Of a stretch of DNA of 64,000 nucleotides, positions 59,623 to 64,000 are shown one piece after another; within the stretch, counting starts at the first letter, position 1; every line of letters starts with the position of its first letter. Made by a program: the position numbers and the translations under genes. The notes under the pieces are model-generated. The model was not told the DNA's origin. It was given only the letters and a program-made list of their open reading frames with translations, and made no database searches. The stretch is from Candidatus Pacebacteria bacterium CG_4_9_14_0_2_um_filter_40_15. Lineage in GTDB: Bacteria > Patescibacteriota > Microgenomatia > UBA1400 > PJMF01. The stretch lies in contig PFRS01000008.1 in assembly GCA_002788675.1 (NCBI GenBank), positions 70,848-134,847 on the forward strand. The letters run 5' to 3'.

Positions 59623-60522
59623 TTAATACACAATTGGGCTATACTCAACCTTCAATATCTGGTCATTTTCATCAACAATCACAGTTGCAGTAGCTTCTTT
59701 TGACTGCAGAATAACTATAGAAACAGGTGTGACACTAACAGCGCTTGTTGAACTTTGAAATTGATTGAAAAATTTTTCAGCTAGTACTTGTTGTTGCTCA
59801 GTCACCCAAGATGCTTTCTTTTCAGCAAATACTTTATTTCTAGTTTGCACGCTTTCTTGAATGCTCTCTAAAATTAATGTTTCAATGCAGGAGTGCTCTT
59901 CTACACTTTTATTACTACAGAGTTTAGGATCGATTGATTCGTAATAATAAAAATATCCAATGGTGTCTTTTGGATTAGAGTCAAGGTAATCTGTGGTGAT
60001 ACAATCTTGAGTTTTATTTGTGCATATATCTGAAGGAAAAGAAATAAATGCAATGTATTGATCGCGATAGTTATAAGTAGTGATGTAGGCGTTAACTTGT
60101 TTTCTTATGACTTCTTCCCAGGATGTTTTTGCATTTTCAGAAATGATTTCAGAATCAATTTCATTTAACGGCTTATTCATTAGCTGTGTTAGAAGATATT
60201 CATTTAGGTTTTCTAACTTGAAATGGGGTTCATTCTGAAAGATAAAAAAATTGTCATTCTTTGCAAATTCATTACTATCCTTTTGAAGTGGTGTTTCTTC
60301 AACTTGTTCTGACAGTGATTCAAAGTTTTGATTTTCAATTACTGCTGCCTTATCTTTTTTGAAGAACAACATACATACGACAAGACCAGTCAGAATAAAA
60401 GCTCCACTAATAAGTAGTATGAGGAAAGGTGAGATTGAACGCACATTTTTTGATTCTCGAATATTTAGTTCTGAAAGATTTTCATTAGTTATTTCTGGAT
60501 TTATTGGCTGAATTGAATTCAT
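59623..60522 (-). CDS. Hypothetical single-TM protein
   Basis: 299 aa with N-terminal TM and two Cys pairs. Confidence 0.65.
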   Translation of the reverse strand: MNSIQPINPEITNENLSELNIRESKNVRSISPFLILLISGAFILTGLVVCMLFFKKDKAAVIENQNFESLSEQVEETPLQKDSNEFAKNDNFFIFQNEPHFKLENLNEYLLTQLMNKPLNEIDSEIISENAKTSWEEVIRKQVNAYITTYNYRDQYIAFISFPSDICTNKTQDCITTDYLDSNPKDTIGYFYYYESIDPKLCSNKSVEEHSCIETLILESIQESVQTRNKVFAEKKASWVTEQQQVLAEKFFNQFQSSTSAVSVTPVSIVILQSKEATATVIVDENDQILKVEYSPIVY

Positions 60523-60635
60523 ATGTACTATACTAGCAGATTTTGCTTAGCTTATACTTAGAGAGAAGCTAAGACATACTACTAAATCCCGACCGTAAAA
60601 TTGTGGGAGTAGCTTCATGTTATTGGCTAAAATAC

Positions 60636-60655
60636 TGCGGGGAGTGTGGGATTTA
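60636..60655 (-). repeat. Degenerate copy of the tRNA-Ser(TGA) 3' end
   Basis: AATCCCACACTCCCCGCA vs tRNA AATCCCTCGCTCTCCGCA (15/18 match). Confidence 0.65.
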
Positions 60656-60770
60656 CGACTCGCTACTATTTGTAACTACTTATGGAAGCTCGCATGCACT
60701 AGGGTGACTCGCGCAGCTGCGCTCGTGCGCCCGTCGCGAACTATCTTCTGCATACCTTTTGCCACTTGGT

Positions 60771-60807
60771 CATAAAAAAAATACCCAATTTGGGTATTTT
60801 TTTTATG
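60771..60807. terminator. Palindromic hairpin/terminator after the duplicated tRNA end
   Basis: CATAAAAAAAATACCCA-ATT-TGGGTATTTTTTTTATG. Confidence 0.7.
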
Positions 60808-60944
60808 GCGGAGAGCGAGGGATTTACCCTCGTCAGGCTCAAATTGTACATTGAGTGATGAGTTCGCTTGATCGGGCACAAGTCATCCCTCACAATGCAA
60901 TTACCTAATAAAAAAACAAGCTAACGCTTGTTCTTTTATCAGGT
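60806..60944 (-). repeat. tRNA-Ser-associated structured unit, copy 1 (hairpin + conserved core + duplicated tRNA 3' end with CCA)
   Basis: Core GGGATGACTTGTGCCCGATCAAGCGAACTCAT-N14-TTTGAGCCTGACGAGGGTAAATCCC; 17-bp direct repeat 60808-60824 = 60945-60961. Confidence 0.9.
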
Positions 60945-60945
60945 G

Positions 60946-61028
60946 CGGAGAGCGAGGGATTCGAACCCACGGGCCCCGAAAGGCGCGGTTTTCAAGACCG
61001 ATGCAATTGACCACTCTGCCAGCTCTCC
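60946..61028 (-). tRNA. tRNA-Ser(TGA)
   Basis: GGAGAGC/GCTCTCC acceptor, G73, anticodon loop CTTGAAA, long variable arm, TTCGAAT; U-U mismatch in the T-stem. Confidence 0.9.
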
Positions 61029-61140
61029 ACTTTGTATGTTAATGGTTTGTTTTTTGTTCTGGTACAAACACTAACCAGGTAGCTATTATATACTGACTTG
61101 CCTACTTTTTCGAGCAGTGAATATAGTGTACACTAAGTGC

Positions 61141-61983
61141 ATGACCGAAGATGGTATTCTCCCTACTAGCACACCAGCTCCACAGCCTGAAAAGACTGTG
61201 TTTCAACAGCCAACTTCTGGATTTGCAGCAGCAGGTGATGAACCCGTTATCTTTCCAGTGGCTCCAGTAGATCCGACAGTTTTTCAAAAAGCAGTGCAAG
61301 CAGAGCAGAAGAACACAGTAGTAATGGCACAAGTTGAGCCAAAAGAGGATTCTGTGCCAGTAACTCAAGTAGAGCCACCAATTCAAGCGCAACAACAGCA
61401 ACAACCTCGTATTCCAGAAGAGGAGCAGCAACAAGACTATGACGAGCAAGTTGAAGCGTATGATTATTCAGGTTATTTTCCAGATGCACTCAGACCACAA
61501 CCAGAAGAGTTACTCTATAGTTGGTCCGCTCCAAGTAGACCTTTTAAAAAACACAATAGAAATTACTACACTACCATAGCGGTGATTGTTTTGTTGATTT
61601 CACTTATTTTAGTCTTTGCAGGCCAATTTATCCCAATGGCGGTTGTTTGCGCTGTAGCATTTATGGTGTACGTAATTAACTCTGTACCACCTGAAGAAAT
61701 TCAATACGGTATTACGACATATGGTGTGCGAATTGGAGAAAAATTGTATTATTGGGATATGATGACTCGTTTTTGGTATGGAAGTAAGTATGATCAAAAA
61801 TTGCTCTATATCCAGATTGTTGAATTTCCTGATCGTCTGACTTTAGTTATTGGCGATGCGAAGCAAGAAATCTTAACAAGCATTTTTGCTGAGTTGCTTC
61901 TTCTTGAGAAACCTCCACTCACCACCTATGAAAAGATTGCTAAGTGGTTGCAAGATAAGTTTCCGTTAGATTTAGATTCCTAA
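61141..61983 (+). CDS. Hypothetical membrane protein with low-complexity N-terminus
   Basis: Pro/Gln/Glu-rich N-terminus, W.APSRPFK, two TM segments, IT.YGV.I..K.Y.W. Confidence 0.75.
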   Translation: MTEDGILPTSTPAPQPEKTVFQQPTSGFAAAGDEPVIFPVAPVDPTVFQKAVQAEQKNTVVMAQVEPKEDSVPVTQVEPPIQAQQQQQPRIPEEEQQQDYDEQVEAYDYSGYFPDALRPQPEELLYSWSAPSRPFKKHNRNYYTTIAVIVLLISLILVFAGQFIPMAVVCAVAFMVYVINSVPPEEIQYGITTYGVRIGEKLYYWDMMTRFWYGSKYDQKLLYIQIVEFPDRLTLVIGDAKQEILTSIFAELLLLEKPPLTTYEKIAKWLQDKFPLDLDS

Positions 61984-62014
61984 GTTTCTAGAGATACTCA
62001 AAAATAAGTATGTT

Positions 62015-62023
62015 TGATATAAT
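62015..62023 (+). promoter_or_regulatory. Extended -10 promoter of tRNA-Arg
   Basis: TGATATAAT 14 nt upstream of the tRNA. Confidence 0.7.
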
Positions 62024-62037
62024 ACCTCACATCAAGT

Positions 62038-62111
62038 GCGCTCATAGCTCAGTTGGATAGAGCATCAGTTTGCGGAATTGAAGGTCGCAGGTTCGAGCCC
62101 TGCTGAGCGCA
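62038..62111 (+). tRNA. tRNA-Arg(GCG)
   Basis: GCGCTCA/TGAGCGC acceptor; anticodon arm TCAGT-TTGCGGA-ATTGA; T-loop TTCGAGC. Confidence 0.93.
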
Positions 62112-62137
62112 CCCTGTCTGTCTTAGAAAATTTTATA

Positions 62138-62668
62138 ATGATCGAAAGAAGACAACCAACCCCTCTTGAATTAGAATTAGAAGCTTCACTCGAAGATAAT
62201 CACGTTGCGTCTTTAGAAGTATCACCTGATGATTTAGTTTCTGTTGTGCAGTTATTGTCACAGCAATTGTTGGAAAAAAATGGAGCTTCAAAAATTTCAT
62301 TTAAAAAAGTTGCAGTTGAAATTAAAAATCAATCAGCTGAAATTTCGATTGTTGTCAGTATTGCTCTTCCTGTTTCTGCCACATTTACTATTTCGTATGC
62401 ACTTTCAAACTCATATTCTCAACTAGGAACGCTGTCAGTTACAAACCTTAAGGTTGGGATTGAAGCAAGCAGACTAGCAAAGCTTTCTCTTAAGGTTCTA
62501 CAAGTTGAAAAACAGATTAAAGATACTTTGGCAAATCTTAACGAAGTGCTCGCGCTCAATCCACCACCACTAGTTACAGAGCGCGGTTTAGCTTTTACCA
62601 AGATACATCTCCATTTGGAAAATACACATTTGGCGGTACAATTAAGATCGACAAGCGTGTCAACGTAG
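62138..62668 (+). CDS. Hypothetical protein between two tRNAs
   Basis: ATG at 62138; stop TAG at 62666-62668 shares its G with tRNA-Ser G1. Confidence 0.65.
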   Translation: MIERRQPTPLELELEASLEDNHVASLEVSPDDLVSVVQLLSQQLLEKNGASKISFKKVAVEIKNQSAEISIVVSIALPVSATFTISYALSNSYSQLGTLSVTNLKVGIEASRLAKLSLKVLQVEKQIKDTLANLNEVLALNPPPLVTERGLAFTKIHLHLENTHLAVQLRSTSVST

Positions 62669-62753
62669 GAAGGATGCCGGAGTGGTTTAACGGCCAGTTC
62701 TCGAAAAGCTTGGGAGACTCTGTCTCACGGGGGTTCGAATCCCCCTCCTTCCG
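62668..62753 (+). tRNA. tRNA-Ser(CGA)
   Basis: GGAAGGA/TCCTTCC acceptor, G73, loop CTCGAAA, variable arm GAGAC-TCT-GTCTC, GGGGG-TTCGAAT-CCCCC. Confidence 0.9.
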
Positions 62754-62754
62754 C

Positions 62755-62888
62755 ATGTATAAAAAACAGGCTGTAAGCCTGATTTTTATACATATGAGTA
62801 TGTAAGGGGATGTCTTGTGCCCGATCAAGCGAACTCATTAAGGTATATTAGTTTGAGCCTGACGAGGGTAAATCCCCCTCCTTCCGCA
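62755..62888 (+). repeat. tRNA-Ser-associated structured unit, copy 2
   Basis: Core GGGATGTCTTGTGCCCGATCAAGCGAACTCAT-N13-TTTGAGCCTGACGAGGGTAAATCCC; 18-bp direct repeat 62738-62755 = 62871-62888. Confidence 0.9.
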
Positions 62889-62925
62889 CGTAACTACTGA
62901 GCGAGCCATAGAAAAGAACGTCTGT

Positions 62926-64000
62926 ATGCTTCCAATTCAACCCCCATGCATCCCAAAATATTTTGATTTTTCACGAAAAGTAAAGACACCTCACAACGCA
63001 CACCTTTTTTCACGGTTTTGCCTTTCTTGGGAAGATGGTCTTTGGCATGTATTGAAAGTGCATGCTATTCCCAAAGGGTCAGTTGTATTGGTTCCCAGTT
63101 TTTTCTGCTGGGATGTAGTTAAAAATATGCAGCAGCATGGGTTAGTGCACAAAGTCTATGCAGTGGATAAAAACTTACAACCAATTGAAGCAGAGTTTAT
63201 AGCCCAACTTAAACAATGGAAACCAGCTGTGGTGATTATTTTTCATTCTGTTGGGATTACAAATAATCTCTTTAAAAACCCAAGTAAGTGGCTGCCTTTT
63301 GTGTCTATAGATGCTTTGATTATTGAAGATAGTGTGCACCGTGTTGTGGATTCTTCACGAATTTCTTTTATTACTAAGAATCACTATGTCATTGATAGTT
63401 TACGCAAAGTTGTTCCAATCCAAGGAAGTTGGATGTATGCAGGTCACCGTATTCCAAAAATTCCTGTTAGTGTTTCTGTGCGAACAGTTTGGTATAGAGT
63501 ATTAATACTTTTTTGGTGGTTAGTCATGCAGTTTTTTTTAGTCTTAGTGTACTATTCACGTGCCTCAAGCATCGAAAAAAAAGGAAATACTTTAGCTGAG
63601 TTGGCGATGTTGAGGGGATATGAAGCAGTTGGGGTTCATCTGCAGCCAAGTCCTGGTCACTCAATTATGGCATTTTTATCTAGAAAAATTGCTCTTCAAA
63701 AAAATTTCAGTATCAAAAAAAAACAGGCGCTGCGGTATGCTGAGCGCTTGCAGAGCTGTGCAGATTCTAAAAACTTTTTTTTCATTTCGATGCAGGCATC
63801 AGACGCACAAGAGCTACGTGGGTTTCCTCTTGGCATAGAGCTTAGGGTGGCTGATGATTTTCTTGCTTATCTGAGAGAACACACTCTGTCTGTACGTTTT
63901 GAACTCAACGATAGTATTTGGAGTTCTCGTCAAAAAATTGTGTATCTGCCAATGGGGCTGCATGTACAGGATACAGAAATTGATAGTGTTTGTGCGATTA
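62926..64000 (+). CDS. Divergent DegT/DnrJ/EryC1/StrS-like PLP-dependent protein, 3'-truncated by the window
   Basis: Absent from the ORF track (no stop in the window); my translation shows LVPSFFC, IIEDSVH, DSLRKVVP and C-terminal YLPMG...EIDSV. Confidence 0.72.
   Translation, partial: MLPIQPPCIPKYFDFSRKVKTPHNAHLFSRFCLSWEDGLWHVLKVHAIPKGSVVLVPSFFCWDVVKNMQQHGLVHKVYAVDKNLQPIEAEFIAQLKQWKPAVVIIFHSVGITNNLFKNPSKWLPFVSIDALIIEDSVHRVVDSSRISFITKNHYVIDSLRKVVPIQGSWMYAGHRIPKIPVSVSVRTVWYRVLILFWWLVMQFFLVLVYYSRASSIEKKGNTLAELAMLRGYEAVGVHLQPSPGHSIMAFLSRKIALQKNFSIKKKQALRYAERLQSCADSKNFFFISMQASDAQELRGFPLGIELRVADDFLAYLREHTLSVRFELNDSIWSSRQKIVYLPMGLHVQDTEIDSVCAI

Noticed and set aside
60676-60879. 67-aa minus-strand ORF
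   Set aside because: Runs across the non-coding element, the duplicated tRNA end and a hairpin; no coding features
60819-60889. Hammerhead or HDV-like (theta) ribozyme reading of the tRNA-associated core (contains CTGACGAG and GCGAA)
   Set aside because: No GAAA follows a stem II after CUGANGA, and I could not build the nested double pseudoknot; catalytic identity is unsupported by eye
60636-60961. CRISPR-like array of tRNA-end repeats
   Set aside because: Only 2-3 repeats, spacers over 110 nt and structured, repeats are tRNA sequence, and no cas genes are present
62595-62828. 77-aa minus-strand ORF, and the 62078 start of the upstream ORF
   Set aside because: These are translations of tRNA sequence (antisense tRNA-Ser; tRNA-Arg T-arm)
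60806-62888. Composite transposon or invertible segment bounded by the two inverted cores
   Set aside because: The inverted orientation follows from the two tRNAs being on opposite strands; each core is tied to its own tRNA end and no recombinase is enclosed

Overview
Bacterial chromosomal window in genetic code 11, AT-rich and gene-dense. The gene content (RNase J, short SufD, TMTC/ArnT-type GT-C enzymes, LPxTG protein, tRNA-Arg(GCG), many orphan membrane proteins) suggests a Patescibacteria/CPR genome, probably Microgenomates; this assignment is inference. Contents in order: the 3' part of pnp; an ABC-2 exporter; a LacD-like protein; Mn/Fe-SOD; a MacAB-type exporter; a SUF Fe-S cluster region (sufC, NUDIX, intein-containing sufB, short sufD, sufS, sufU, FNR, ferredoxin, DsbA, SufT); rpiB/rpe/LOG/PfkB; a protease-less Lon-like ATPase; a Cys-free family-4 UDG; rnj; ftsK; tmRNA; two ATP-grasp ligases; ComF; Dus; a surface-glycosylation cluster; an orphan-rich stretch; four tRNAs (Val-CAC, Ser-TGA, Arg-GCG, Ser-CGA); and a DegT-like gene running off the end. 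No rRNA, CRISPR array, integrase or transposase was seen. The most unusual signal is a ~135-nt non-coding structured unit that follows both tRNA-Ser genes and ends in an exact copy of each host tRNA's own 3' end. Other notable items are a perfect 26-bp inverted repeat element, a circularly permuted ATP-grasp + RimK pair upstream of a long-tag tmRNA, widespread leaderless-type starts, and several enzymes lacking canonical catalytic or cofactor residues. All calls come from reading motifs by eye; no searches were run.
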